Assembly: GCF_006345805.1 (NCBI RefSeq)
Contig: NC_043026.1
Coordinates: 13,433,579 to 13,497,578, forward strand
Source of the DNA: Octopus sinensis
Taxonomy: Eukaryota
Length of the DNA stretch: 64,000 nt
Direction of reading: 5' to 3'
The notes under the pieces are model-generated. The model saw nothing but the letters and a program-made list of their open reading frames with translations. It made no database searches and had not been told where the DNA came from. Both the position numbers and the translations under genes were made by a program. This document shows, piece by piece, positions 10,470 through 23,859 of this stretch (positions are counted from its first letter, which is position 1; each line of letters begins with the position of its first letter).

Positions 10470-12620
10470 CATCATCATCATCGTTTAATATCCGCTTTCC
10501 ATGCTGGCATGGGTTGGGCTTCTTGACTGAGGGCTGGCAAGCAAGAAGGCTGCAATCTGATCTGGCAATGTTTCTACAGCTTGATGCCCTTCCTAACGTC
10601 AACCACTCCAAGAGTGTAGTGGGTGCTTTTTACGTTCCCCTGGCATGAGGGCCAGTCAAGCGTTACTGGCATCAACCATGCTTGAATGGTGTTTTTCACA
10701 TGCCACCAGCATGGGAGCCAGTCAGGCAGCTCTGACAATAACCACATTTGAATGATGCTTTTTATGTACCACCAGTGCAGGAGCCAGTCAGGTGGCACTG
10801 GTAACGACCATGCTTGAATGGTGCTTTTTACATGCCAGTGGCATGGGACCAGTCAGGCGGCACTGGCATTTTACCACACTTGAATGGGTGCCAATCAAGC
10901 AGTACTAGCATTGGCCCTGACAATGACCTCATTTGACTAAGTGGATCTTCGAAAGCACAGTTTATTGCTCTTAAATGGGCCAGTTATACTGCACTAGCAT
11001 AGGCCATGGATATGGTCTCACTTGGCTTGCCAGGTCTTCTCAAGCACAGCATATCTCCAAAGGTCTCGGTCACTTGTTATCGCCTCCATGAGGCCCAACG
11101 TTTGTAGGTTGTGCTTCACCACCTCATCCTAGGTCTTCCTCTTCCACAGGTTCCCTCTACTGCTAGGGTGTGACGCTTTTTAACACAGCTGTCCTCATCC
11201 ATTCGCAACACATGACCATACCAGCACAGTCGTCTCTCTTTGCACGCCACATCTGATGCTTCCAAAGTCCAACTTTTCTCTCAGGGTGCTTACACTCTGT
11301 CATTTCCTCGGTGAGACCTAAAGTTCGAAGGTCATGCTTGACCACCTCGTCCCAGGTTTTCCTGGGTCTATCTCTTCCACAGGTTCCCTCAACCGCTAGG
11401 GTTTGACACTTTTTTATACAGCTGTCCTCATCCATATGCAACACATGATTATACCAGCAAAGTCATCTCTCTTGCACACCACATCTGATGCTTCTTAGGC
11501 CCAACTTTTCTCTCAGGGTGCTTACACTCTGTTGTATATGCACACTGACATTACACATCTAGCGGAGCATACTGGCTTCATTTCTTGCAAGTTTACACAT
11601 GTCCTCAGCAGTCACAGCCTGTGTTTCACTGCCATGTAGCATGGCTGTTCGTACACATACGTCATACAGTCTACCATTTACTCTGAGCGAGAGGCCCTGT
11701 CACCAGCAGAGGTAGGAGCTCTCTGAACTTTGCCCAGGCTATTCTTATTCTAACAGCCACACTCTTAGAGCATCGTCCCTCACCACTGACTTGGTCATCT
11801 AGGTAATGGAAGCTATCAACTACTTCTAGTTATTCCCCCTGGTATTTGACAGCACTTTTTTGCACATTTTCTGTGTTTATTGCACCTGAGCATTTTCCAC
11901 ACACAAAAACTATCTTCCCAGTTAGCTTTCCTTTGATATTGCTGGACCTCTTATGTATCCATAGCTTACATCAGGTACATCTTATGGAGTTTCTACCTAT
12001 GCCTTTTCTATAGATCGAGCAGGGCCATCTACCTGAAGGGATTTGCAATTTGCCTGCCTTCCTACTTATTAGGACTTTGGTTTTTGCTAGAGTGACTGTA
12101 AGGCCCTTTGATGCTAGACCTTGCTTCCACACCTGAAACTTCTCCTCTAGTTTTGATAGTAACTCAGCAATTAGAGCAAGGCATCAGCATGGAGAAGCTC
12201 CTAGGGGCGTCCTGTCCTGAATTCCTTTGTTATTACCTGGAGGACTATGATGAATAAGAGGGGTCTGAGGACTGACCCTTGGTGGACCCCTACCTGGAAT
12301 TTTTCACTCTACTTGTTGCCAACCCTCACTTAATGACAGCATCCTTGTACAGCTCTCACTAACCACTCATCACTCCCTAGTTTCCTCATTGACCACCAGA
12401 TAAGGGGACCCAGTCAAAGGCTTTCTCCATGTCAACGAAAGCCAGGTACAGAGGTTTATCTTTGGCTAGGTAATTCTCCTGCAGCTGTCTTACCAGAAAT
12501 ATAGCATCAGTGGTGCTTCTCCATGGCATGAACCCAAAGTGCATCTCATCTAAACAAACTCTCTCTCCCTAATTAGTCGGGCTATGACCCTCTCCGTGAC
12601 TTTCATTATCTGATCCGACA
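10470..12620 (-). mobile_element. Older degenerate RTE LINE copy (RT to 3' tail) with an internal tandem duplication
   Basis: (TGA)n tail at ~10470-10485. TLAVEGTCGRDRPRKTWDEVVKHDLRTLGL (ORF 11163-11444) matches ORF 20647-20886. Many stops and frameshifts. The C-terminal block is duplicated at ~11060-11520. Confidence 0.85.
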
Positions 12621-13444
12621 ACTTAATATTGATATGCGTGCACACATTCATAAATATACACACAAACACATATAAGTGTATGGAGGGTATGTCTACAAAA
12701 TATATCTATAAACTATAAATATTCATAAATACATATATATGTATGTATAAATTTATATATACATACATAGCTATATATATATATATATAGACAGTCATAT
12801 ACAAATACACACATGCGTAAGCAATTGAGAGTAATTTAATCACGAAATTTAATAGACATTACTAATTGCTTTTCCCAAACTATTAACACGCACGCACGTA
12901 CACATTTCCCCCTCTCCTTGTTCTCACAAACACCCACTCATATCACTTAAGGCTCTCACATCCCCTCAAGGCAATTTCCGAGCAATGAGCAGACACACCC
13001 TCCTCTGTGTGTGTGCGTATGTGTATGTGTGTCTATGTCTGTATGTATATTTGTGTGCATATATATATATATATGTGTATGTGCGTGTACATTATTTATA
13101 TATATGGATGTGTATATAATATATATATATTCATATATATATATATGAATATGTATATATGAATATATATATATATTCATATATATATATAAGTACATAA
13201 TTTTCAGATATGTGTGTGTATATATATATTATATATATATCTTTTATACTTTACTCATTTCGGTCACTAGACGGGGCATCACCTTGAGGAATTTTAGTCA
13301 AGTCTATTGACTGCAATACTTGTTTTTCTATTTTTAAGCCTGGTCGCATTTGTCAAACTGCTAAGTCACGGGGATGTAAACACACTAACACCGGTTGTTA
13401 GGCAGTAGTGGGGGACAGACACAGACACAAACACACACACATAT

Positions 13445-14130
13445 TATTATTAACCATCTTACAAACAATAACTCTGAGCACCTTTTCAAACTCCACCTGT
13501 GGACATGTTTACAAAGTCAGAAAACAGCACAGCTCCCATGACTTTCGGAAACATTTTTTCACGCTGAGAGTTGCTGAAGCATGGAACAGACTGCCAACAT
13601 CAGATGTTAGTTGTCGGAGCACTGCATCCTTCAAACCTTCCATGTTTCCTGAGATTCGCCAACACTACACCTGATTTTCTCCCCTCCATACACACGCAAG
13701 CATGTATCAGACTCACACACTGTTTGCTTTCCAGACATTTGTACATTACTGCATATGCAGACACCCATAAAATTATCAACCATCTTACAAACAATAACTC
13801 TGAGCACCTTTTCAAACTCCACCTGTTGACATATTTACAAAGTCAGAAACCAGCACAGCTCCCATGACTTTCGGAAACATTTTTTCATGCTAAGAGTTGC
13901 TGAAGCATGGAACAAACTGCCGGCATCAGTTGTTAGTTGTCGGAGCACTGCATCCTTCAAAACTTCCATGCTTCCCGAGATTTGCCAACACTACACCTGA
14001 TTTTCTCCCCTCCATACACACACAAGCATGTATCTGACTCATACACTGTTCGCTTTCCAGACATTTATACATTACTGTATTTTAACAAGTTGTGGTGCAC
14101 ATGAGCACTGTATACAATAATTTCATTATT
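13445..14130 (+). mobile_element. CR1-group LINE 3' end, tandemly duplicated
   Basis: HVYKVRKQHSSHDFRKHFFTLRVAEAWNRLP plus 3' UTR, present twice and matching 23090-23500. Confidence 0.8.
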
Positions 14131-14413
14131 TTCATATCAAGTCATCCCATAAATAATGTGTTTTTTTCAATTGCATGAACTAAAAGTCAGAGGGTGATGG
14201 GATAAATTACCTGCATCAACTTGCTATAAAAGCAGGTAGTAATTTTACCTTGTCCTTATTCTTAGTGCGAGTTTTGAAGAGTGCAGTTCGATTTTAGCAG
14301 TTATTTTTTCAAAGTTATAATGGAAGTGACAAAGGAACAATTGACATTTTTTGCTTTATGAATTCAATAAAAACCACAATGTAGCTGAAAATGTGAGGAA
14401 TATTAATGCAGTA

Positions 14414-15134
14414 CCGTAAATCCTCGAGTATAGTCCGCAGGGGATTTTTAGAGGGCTGTACCTCTGAAAAACATTAAACCTTGTGTATAATACGCACCCC
14501 TTCTCTACTTGAGTTGTGCGTAATTAACCCTTTAGTGTTCAGATTATTCTGTCAAATGTGATATTTGTTTATTTATATTGCTTTGAATTAATCATGCATT
14601 ATCTTGTAGTTCAGAGATTTCAATGATGTGATTTTTTTAGTTTTAGAATGACATGGCAAGGCTGAGGTGGGAGGCAAGATCTGGGTCAGTTTCAATATAA
14701 ATCAGGTTAAATATTTTGGCCGGATATGGCCGGTTTGAATGCTAAAGGGTTAAGCCAGCAGCACCAAGTCGAACAAACACTTCTGCACACGCGTAATACA
14801 ATAATGGTGATGTTCTTAACTGTTATATGGGAATGTAAATATGTTTGCAAATTGTTTTTGTTACATGTTATTCTGTGTTCTGAATACTTTTATTTTAATA
14901 GATGTTGTTTACTGCAAGTTATGGATGATTCTTTTATGACTTCATTGCTTTCAAGCTTAGCTTAAGGTATTTTCACGCCCGACATCACAAAATAAACATT
15001 GCCGGACAGCAAATAGAGACTCGGACATTGCTTAGAGAATATTTTTAATTTTTAACCTCGTATATAGTACTCACTAGGGATTTTGACCTTTAAATTTTGG
15101 GAAAAGAAGGTGGATTATACTCGAGGATTTATGG
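14414..15134. mobile_element. Tc1/mariner-type MITE with TA TSD inside the mariner
   Basis: TIRs ccgtaaatcctcgagtata / tatactcgaggatttatgg flanked by TA. Excision restores GCA GTA TAT GGG (AVYG). Confidence 0.85.
14524..14753. mobile_element. piggyBac-like MITE (TTAA-CCCTTTAG...CTAAAGGG-TTAA)
   Basis: TTAA at both ends. Relatives at 18194-22690 (split), ~35420-35620, ~38830-39030 and ~41330-41560. Confidence 0.8.
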
Positions 15135-15411
15135 TATATGGGGATCAGACAATAAGCGTAAGCCAGTGTCAATGGTGGTTCCAGAAATTCTGAGCCGGAA
15201 ACTACAGCCTAGAAGATGAGCCTTGTCCTGCAAACCCTGCTGGAACAAAATCCCATCGTAACTGTTGAGGAACTAGCAGAGAAGCTTGGACTTGGTCATT
15301 CAACTATTCATTTCCACCTGTGTGTCATTGGAAAAGTCAGCAAATTGAGTCAATGGGTTCCTCACAAACTTTCTAAGTCTAATTATGCACAGAGAATGAA
15401 TGTGTGTTCTT

Positions 15412-17203
15412 CTTTACTCTTTTACTTGTTTCAGTCATTTGACTGCGGCCATGCTGGAGCACCGCCTTTAGTCGAGCAACTCGACCCCGGGACTTATTCT
15501 TTGTAAGCCCAGTACTTATTCTATCGGTCTCTTTTGCCGAACCACTAAGTGACGGGGACGTAAACACACATATATATATACGATGGGCTTCTTTCAGTTT
15601 CCGTCTACCAAATCCACTCACAAGGCATTGGTCAGCCTGGGGCTATAGCAGAAGACACTTGCCCAAGATGCCACACAGTGGGACTGAACCCGGAACCATG
15701 TGGTTGATTAGCAAGATACTTACCACACAGCCACTCCTGCTGTCATGTTTCACGAACGAACCTTTTTTTAAGGACTGAATAGTGATTGGTGATGAAAAAT
15801 GGGTACTTTATAAAAATGTCAAGCACCAAAGAGAGTGGGTAGAGAAAGGAGAAACACTGGTACCCCAGGCTAAAGAAAAACATCACCCACATAACTATTT
15901 CACATGCAACTTTTTCTCCTCCAAATTAGTTTCAGTGTATAAGCCAACCTACCTTTTTTTTGCAGGTGAAAATTTCAGCCTGAAAACTGACTTATATGCC
16001 AGAAAATACAGTATTTATTTCTCTGTTGGCCTATCTACCTTATTTTTCAGCATACAAGCCAATGCACTATATAGTGTAAACATTCAAACATCATCACTAT
16101 CTTTCAAAATCCTTCAGCATTTCACATGGAAATTCTGTTCTCCAAAGTCATTTATTTGTATGTCTGTCTCTCCACCTTATTTTTCAGCATACAAGCCAAT
16201 AGGCACAGGAGTGGCTGTATGGTAAGTAGCTTGTCTACCAACCACATGGTTCCGGGTTCAGTCCCACTGCGTGGCACCTTGGGCAAGTGTCTTCTACTAT
16301 AGCCTCGGGCCAACCAAAGCCTTGTGAGTGGATTTGGTAGACGGAAACTGAAAGAAGCCCGTTGTATATATGTATATATATATATATATATATGTTTGTG
16401 TGTCTGTGTTTGTCCCCCTAGCATTGCTTGACAACCGATGCTGGTGTGTTTATGTCCCCGTCACTTAGCGGTTCGGCAAAAGAGACCGATAGAATAAGTA
16501 CTGGGCCTACAAAAGAATAAGTCCCGGGGTCGAGTTGCTCGATTAAAGGCGGTGCTCCAGCATGGCCGCAGTCAAATGACTGAAACAAAAGAGTAAATCT
16601 AACGCGTAGTGTAAACATCATTACTATCTTTCTAAATCCTGCAACATTTCACATGGAATTTTTGGACCTCCAATGTTGTCTTGATGTATAATTTGACCTA
16701 TCTTTCTCGGCTGTAAATTACGGCCTGAAAAGTTTGACTTGTATGCCAGAAAATACAGTATTTATCTGTCTCTCTTTCTCCATCTTTCCGTCTGTCTATC
16801 CACCTTATTTCTCAGCATGCAAGCCCACACAATGTATACTCTTTTACTTGTTTCAGTCATTTGACTGCGGCCATACTGGAGCACCGCCTTTAGTCGAGCA
16901 AATCGACCCCGGGACTTATTCTTTGTAAGCCCAGCACTTATTCTATCGGTCTCTGTTGCTGAACCGCTAAGTGACGGGGACGTAAACACACCAGCATCGG
17001 TTGTCAAGCAATGCTAGGGGGACAAACACAGACACACACATATATATATACATATATACGACGGGCTTCTTTCAGTTTCCGTCTACCAAATCCACTCACA
17101 AGGCATTGGTCGGCCCGAGGCTATAGCAGAAGACACTTGCCCAAGATGCCACGCAGTGGGACTGAACCCGGAACCATGTGGTTGGTTAGCAAGCTACTTA
17201 CCA
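15412..17203. mobile_element. Three SINE family A copies: 15412-15740 (-), 16203-16597 (+), 16837-17203 (-)
   Basis: Sequence match to the family, in alternating orientation. Confidence 0.9.
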
Positions 17204-17793
17204 TTCGAACATCATTACTATATTTTCAAATTCTGCTGCATTTCACTTGGAATTTTTGGTCCTCCAAAGTCGACTTACTTTTTGTTGGTTGTAGATTTTG
17301 GTTTGAAAAATTCCAATTTGTAAACCAGAAAATCCAGTATCAATCTATTTATCTGTCTCCCAGTCTATCTATCTATCATGTATTTTGGCATACAAATCAA
17401 CATGCAGCATGGATTTTTGTCAGTGAAGAGGTCGCGGTCAGAAAGCGACGAAAATATTTTGACAAATTAAACTTAAATGTTGAAGTGAATCGAACGGCTT
17501 TTGTGTGTTTCTTAAATGGCTTACAAACACCCTCCACGCTGCAATTGAAATCAACATAGTATATTGTGTAAACATTGAAACACTGTCACTGTCTTCCCAA
17601 ATACTTCTGCATTTCACATGGAAGTTTTGATCCCCGCAAAGGTCATCTTGGTGTATAAGTCGACCTGCCCTTTTCATTTATTTATTGTTTTTTTGGATGT
17701 AAATTTTAGTCTTGTGTATCACAAAAACAGACAAGAAGATAAAGAGAACAAGACAGAGAGAAAACAGACTTTTGCAGTACACAGGTTGAGGTA

Positions 17794-18031
17794 TACAATG
17801 GGGGTGCTGAAAAATTCTTGGTTTTCGGTAAAAGGAAATACAGGAGGATCAGTTAATTAGGATTTTATTCAATGATGATGATGATGATGATGATATTCAT
17901 CTTTCAGATTCACACATTGAAGCTTTTCTTCAGGTTTTTCTAAGTCCTGTAAAAGGACTTGGAGGATTGGGCCTTCAACCAAACCTTTTGTGATACCCTT
18001 CAAGCCAGGAACTTTGTAGCACCTCCTCATA
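17794..18031. mobile_element. Mariner-type MITE (further copies at ~23510-23732 and ~23743-24820, the last split by a SINE)
   Basis: Imperfect TIRs gggggtgctgaaaaattcttgg / ccaggaactttgtagcacctcc in a TA context. Confidence 0.65.
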
Positions 18032-18326
18032 TGTGCGTATATGTATATATATATATATATATAAATTAATAAATAAATAAAACATGCATATATACATATA
18101 TGTACGTACCTACCTCTACATGTATATATACATGCATATATGGGTACAGGGCACCAAAAAAACGTCGACCACAATGAGAAATGAAAACATTGTTTAACCC
18201 TTTAGTGTTCCGATTATTCTGTAAAATGTGATATTTGTTTATTTATATTGTTTTGAATTAATCCTGCATTATCTTGCAGTTTAGAGATTTCAGTGATGTG
18301 ATTTTTTAGTTTTAGACTGACATGGC

Positions 18327-21300
18327 GTGCATGGAGGCTACGGTTATGGTTCCCGCAACGAGGAGGGAACCAGGCTGCTGGAGTTCTGCGATGCGAATAG
18401 TCTTATGATTTGCAACACTAACTTCAGGAAACCGACAAGCCACCTGGTCACCTACCGATCGGGCCGGCATACAGCCAAATCGACTACATCCTTGCCAGAA
18501 AAAGGGAAAGATGGCTGCTTATAAATGCAAAACCTTCCCAAGTGAAGAATGCACCCCACAACATAGACTGGTAGTTAGTGACTTTAGGATCAGGACTAAG
18601 AGGGCGACTAGAAGACGACCAACATGGAGAAGAAGGGTCTGGAAGCTTAAAGACCCTGCGAATGGACAGAGATTTAGAGATATGTTATTTGAAGCTTTAG
18701 ACGAAATGGAAGGGAGTATAGCTACGCATGGGGTAGAAGACAACTGGACGCTTCTGAGGGACAACCTGCTGAAAGCCGCTGACCAGATCTGTGGCTGGTG
18801 CAAAGTCCCCTTAAGACCCAAAATAACGTGGTGGTGGAACAATATTGTTGACAGGGCTATTAGACAAAAGAAACAGGCTTGGAAGGCCTGGAAGAACGGT
18901 GGTAGCAGGGAAGTGTATCAGTCTGCCAGAAGGGAAGCCAGGAGACAGGTCTATCTAGCCAGAGGGGAAGCAGAGAAGGAAAAATTTGCCAATGTCCTGC
19001 GTCGTGAGGATGAAAGACTTGAGGTATTTCGTGTTGCAAGACAGTGTGTGAGAGAGAATCGTGACGTGTAGGAGAGAAATGTGTTCGCAAGGAGGACGGT
19101 TCACTTGCACTTAATGAGGGTGCAAAGAGAGAGGCTTGGAGACGCCACTATGATAGGTTGCTGAATGAAGAAAATGAATGGGATAAAGAGAGTCTGCCGA
19201 ATGTCGACCCAACAGAGGGACCAGCAATCCGAGTTAACAGTTCCTTAGTAGATAAGGCAATTAGAAGCATGAAAACAGGGAAAGCCCCAGGCCCATCAGG
19301 AATTACTGCAGAGATGCTCAAAATATCTGGTGGTGTCGGCTATAGCTTAGTCACCCGTATAGTTAACCAGGTGATACACGAGGGGGTCATACCCAATGAC
19401 TGGTGTAGCAGCATAATAGTCAACTGCTACAAAGGTAAAGGCGACGCCCTAGAGACAAATAACTACAGGGGCATCAAGCTGCTGGATCAGGTAATGAAGG
19501 TTACGGAGGGGTGTAGCCCAACTAATTAGAGAGAGAGTTACCTTAGATGATATGCAGTTTGGGTTCGTGCCAGGGAAAAGTACTACTGATGCTATATTCC
19601 TGGTAAGACAGCTGCAGGAGAAATACCTAGCCAAAGATAAGCCCTTGTACCTGGCTTTTGTTGACTTGGAGAAAGCCTTTGACAGGGTCCCCCGGTCCCT
19701 TATCTGGTGGTCAATGAGGAAACTAGGGATAGAGAATGGTTGGTGAGAGCTGTGCAAGCCATGTACAGAGACGCTGCTAGTAAGGTGAGGGTGGGCAACG
19801 AGTACAGTGAAGAATTCCGGGTAGAGGTTGGGGTCCACAAGGTTCAGTCCTCAGTCCCCTCCTATTTATCATAGTCCTCCAGGCAATAACGGAGGAATTC
19901 AAGACAGGTTGCCCCTGGGAGCTCCTCTATGCTGATGACCTTGCTCTAATTGCTGAGTCACTATCAGAACTGGAGGAGAAGTTCCAGGTGTGGAAACAAG
20001 GATTAGAATCGAAGGGCCTTAGAATCAACCTAGCCAAAACCAAAGTTCTAATAAGTAGGAAGGTAGATCAATCACAAACGCCTTCAGGTAGATGGCCCTG
20101 CTCGATCTGTAAAAAAGGTGTAGGTAGAAACTCTATAAGATGCACCAAGTGTAAGCTATGGACACATAAGAGGTGCAGCAATGTCAAAGGAAGGCTAACT
20201 AGGAAAATAGTTTTTGTCTGTGGCAAATGCTCAGGAGCAATAAACACTGGAAATATGCAGAGACCAACTTCTTCTGCCACGTTCCAGGGAGACAAACTAG
20301 AAGTAGTTGATAGCTTCCGCTACCTAGGAGACCAAGTCAGTAGCGGGGGTGGGTGTGCTGCTGAAAGTGTAACTGCTAGAGTAAGAATAGCCTGGGCAAA
20401 GTTTAGAGAGCTCTTACCCCTGCTGGTGACAAAAGGCCTCTCGCTCAGAGTAAAAGGCAGACTGTATGATGCATGTGTACGTACAGCCATGCTACATGGT
20501 AGTGAAACATGGGCCGTGACTGCTGAGGATATGCGTAAGCTCGCAAGAAATGAAGCCAGTATGCTCCGATGGATGTGTAATGTCAGTGTTCATAATCGTC
20601 AGAGTGTAAGTTCCTTGAGAGAAAAGCTGAACCTAAGAAGCGTCAGTTGTGGCGTGCAGAGAGACGGCTGCGCTGGTATGGTCATGTGACAAGAAAGGCT
20701 GAAGATAGTTGTGTGCAAAAGTGCTACACCCTAGCAGTGGAGGGAACCTGTGGAAGAGGTAGACCCAGGAAAACCTGGGACGAGGTGGTGAAGCACGACC
20801 TTCGAACTTTAGGTCTCACTAAGGAAATGTCTAGAGACCGAGACCTATGGAAGTATGCTGTGCATGAGAAGACCCGGCAAGACTAGTCAGGCCATAACCC
20901 GTGGGCCCGACCTGGGACGTAGTCAGTCCTGTGCATACCTTCCTTCTTGTGACACTTATGAAGACCTGTTGAGGCAAGTGAAAATCAAATCAAATCAAAA
21001 CAAATCAAAATAGATGAACATCAGTGGAATTGTATTCTTTGTGGTACCAGTGCCGGTGGCACACAAGAAAACCACCCAAACGTGGCCGTAACCAGTACCG
21101 CATCGACTGGCCTCCGTGCTGTGGGCACAACAAACACCATCCGATCGTGGCCGTTCGCCAGCCTCATCTGGCACCTGTGCCGGTGGCACATAAAGACACC
21201 ATCCGAAGACCCGGCGACGTAGTCAGTCCACCTGTGCATACCTTCCCTCTTATGACACTTGTGAAGACCTGTTGAGGCAAGTGTATGACACTTGTGAAGA

Positions 21301-22592
21301 CCTGTTGAGGCAAGTGAAAGTGAAAATCAAACCAAATCAAAATAGATGAATATCAATGGAATTTGTATCTTTGTGGTTCCAGTACCGGTGGCACACAAGA
21401 AAACCATCCGAAGTGGCCGTAGCTGGTACCGCATCGACTGGCCTCCGTGCTGTGGGCACAACAAACACCATCTGATCGTGGCCTTCGCCAGCCTCACCTG
21501 GCACCTGTGTCGGTGGCCACATAAAAACACCATCCAAAGACCCGGCGACGTAGTCAGTCCACCTGTGCATACCTTCCCTCTTATGACACTTGTGAAGACC
21601 TGTTGAGGCAGAGGCAAGTGTGTGACACTTGTGAAGACCTGTTGAGGCAGAGGCAAGTGTGTGACACTTGTGGAGACCTGTTGAGGCAAGTGTGTGACAC
21701 GCGTGACACTGTGAAGACCTGTTGAGGCAAGTGAAAATCAAACCAAATCAAAATAGATGAACATCAATGGAATTTGTATCTTTGTGGTTCCAGTACCACG
21801 GTGGCACACAAGAAAACCATCCGATCGTGGCCGTTCGCCAGCCACATCTGGCACCTGTGTCGGTGGCACATAAAGACACCATCCGAAGACCCGGCGTCGT
21901 AGACAGTCACCTGTGCATACCTTCCTTCTTGTGACACTTGTGAAGACCTGTTGAGGCAAGTGACACTTGTGAAGACCTGTTGAGGCAAGTGAAAATCAAA
22001 TCAAATCAAAACAAATCAAAATAGATGAACATAAATGGAATTTGTATCTTTGTGGTACCAGTGCCGGTGGCACACAAGAAAATCATCCGAACGTGGCCGT
22101 AGCCAGTACCGCATAGACTGGCCTCCGTGCTTTGGGGACGTAACAAACACCATCCGATCGTGGCCGTCCGCCAGCCTCATCTGGCCACCTGTGTCGGTGG
22201 CACATAAAAACACCATCCGAGCGTGGCCGTCTGCCAGCCTCGTCTGGCACCTGCCAGCCTCATCTGGCACCTGTGTCGGTGGCACATAAAAACACCATCC
22301 GAGCGTGGCCGTCTGCCAGCCTCGTCTGGCACCTGTGTCGGTTGGCACATAAAAACACCATCCGAGCGTGGCCGTTCGCCAGCCTCGTCTGGCACCTGTG
22401 TCGGTGGCACATAAAATCACCCACTACACTCTCGGAGTGGTTGGCGTTAGGAAGGGCATCCAGCTGTAGAAACACTGCCAGATCTGACTGGCCTGGTGCA
22501 GCCTTCGGGCTCCCCAGACCCCAGTTGAACCGTCCAACCCATGCTAGCATGGAAAACGGACGCTAAATGATGATGATGATGATGATGATGAT
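18327..22592 (+). mobile_element. Near-complete RTE-clade LINE: 5'-truncated in the APE domain, frameshifted ORF, ~1.7-kb repeat-expanded 3' UTR, (TGA)n tail
   Basis: APE C-terminus (GYGSRNEEGTRLLEFC, HRLVVSDF). RT motifs KAPGPSG, NYRGIKLL, QFGFVPGKSTTDAIF, FVDLEKAFDRVP and YADD (19928-19939). C-terminal ETWAVT and RGRPRKTW. Inserted into a piggyBac-like MITE (halves 18194-18326 and 22591-22690). Confidence 0.92.
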
Positions 22593-22861
22593 GGTAGGGC
22601 TGAGGTGAGAGGCGAGATCTGGTCAGTTTCAATATAAAACAGGTTAAATATTTTGGCCAGATATGGCTGGTTTGAATGCTAAAGGGTTAAGAAAAATGTC
22701 CATTTCCTTGGTTTTGTGTTCATGTTTTCGTTTCTCATTGTGTTCGACGTTTTTTTGGTGTCCTGTACCCATATATGCATGTATATATACATGTAGAGGT
22801 AGGTAAGTACATGTATGTATGTATATATGCATATGTTTTATTTCTTTCTTAATTTATAATA

Positions 22862-23503
22862 TGACGGAATGCACGCATCCATTTCTAAGTAAGATTGTTC
22901 TATATATATATATTGGAATTTGCATCACCGGTCTGGAACCCCTATCTTGCCCAGGATATCAATCGTCTGGAAGCTGTTCAGCGACGTGCAACCAAAAGAA
23001 TACCCTCCATCAGGCGTTTGCCATATCCTGAACGCCTTACTTCCCTGGGCATGGACACATTGAAACTCCGACGTCTGGCAGCTGACTTGGCAGACACCCA
23101 TAAAATTATCAACCATCGTACAAACAATAACTCTGACCACCTTTTCAAACTCCACCCATCTAACACCCGTGGACATATTTACAAAGTAAGAAAACAGCAC
23201 AGCTCCCATGACTTTTAGAAACATTTTTTCACACTAAGAGTTGCTGAAGCATGGAACAAACTGCCCGCATCAGTTGTTAGTTGTCGGAGCACTGCATCCT
23301 TCAAAACTTCCATGCTTCCTGAGATTCGCCAACACTACACTTGATTTTCTCCCCTCCATACACACACAAGCATGTATCTGACTCATATATTGTTCGCTTT
23401 CCAGACATTTCTACATTACTGCATATACTTTATACACACTTTTAACAAGTTGTGGTGCACCTGAGCACTGTATACAATAATTTCATTATTATTATTATTA
23501 TTA
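22862..23503 (+). mobile_element. 5'-truncated CR1-group LINE
   Basis: LEFASPVWNPYLAQDINRLEAVQRRATK...YPERLTSLGMDTLKLRR, then 3' UTR and (ATT)n tail. Confidence 0.85.
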
Positions 23504-23859
23504 TACACACACAATGGGATCCTGAAAAGTTCCTGGTTTTGGGTAAAAGAAGGTCCAGGAGGGTCAGTTGATTATGATTTTATCAAACATATTCCCCTCT
23601 CAGATTCACACTTAGTGCAGTGGTCCTTCAGCTTTTCTAAGCCCTGTAAAAGAACTTGAAAGATTAGACCTCCAACCAGGCCCTTCTGCGACACCGTTAA
23701 AGCTGAGAACTTTGCAGAACTCCCTCGTATCTATGTATATGCATGAGGGGTTGTTGAAAAGTCCTTGGCTTTTGGAGAATTAAAATACAGGAGGATCAGT
23801 TAATTATGATTTTATCCAACATTTTCTCCTCTCAGATTCACACACATACTGCAGTGGTT

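Larger units (their letters stand above)
14135..15900 (+). mobile_element. Decayed mariner transposase split by nested insertions
   Basis: Removing the inserts gives ...NVRNINAV|YGDQTISVSQCQWWFQKF...LEQNPIVTVEELAEKLGLGHSTIHFHL...SQWVPHKL...CSSLL|SCFTNEPF...GDEKWVLYKN, with the mariner WVPHxL and GDEKW motifs. Confidence 0.85.

Noticed and set aside
20950-21992. CRISPR-like ~30-bp direct repeats with a hairpin
   Set aside because: The spacers are themselves repeated and range from 0 to ~300 bp. There are no cas genes, and the array is in a eukaryotic LINE 3' UTR.
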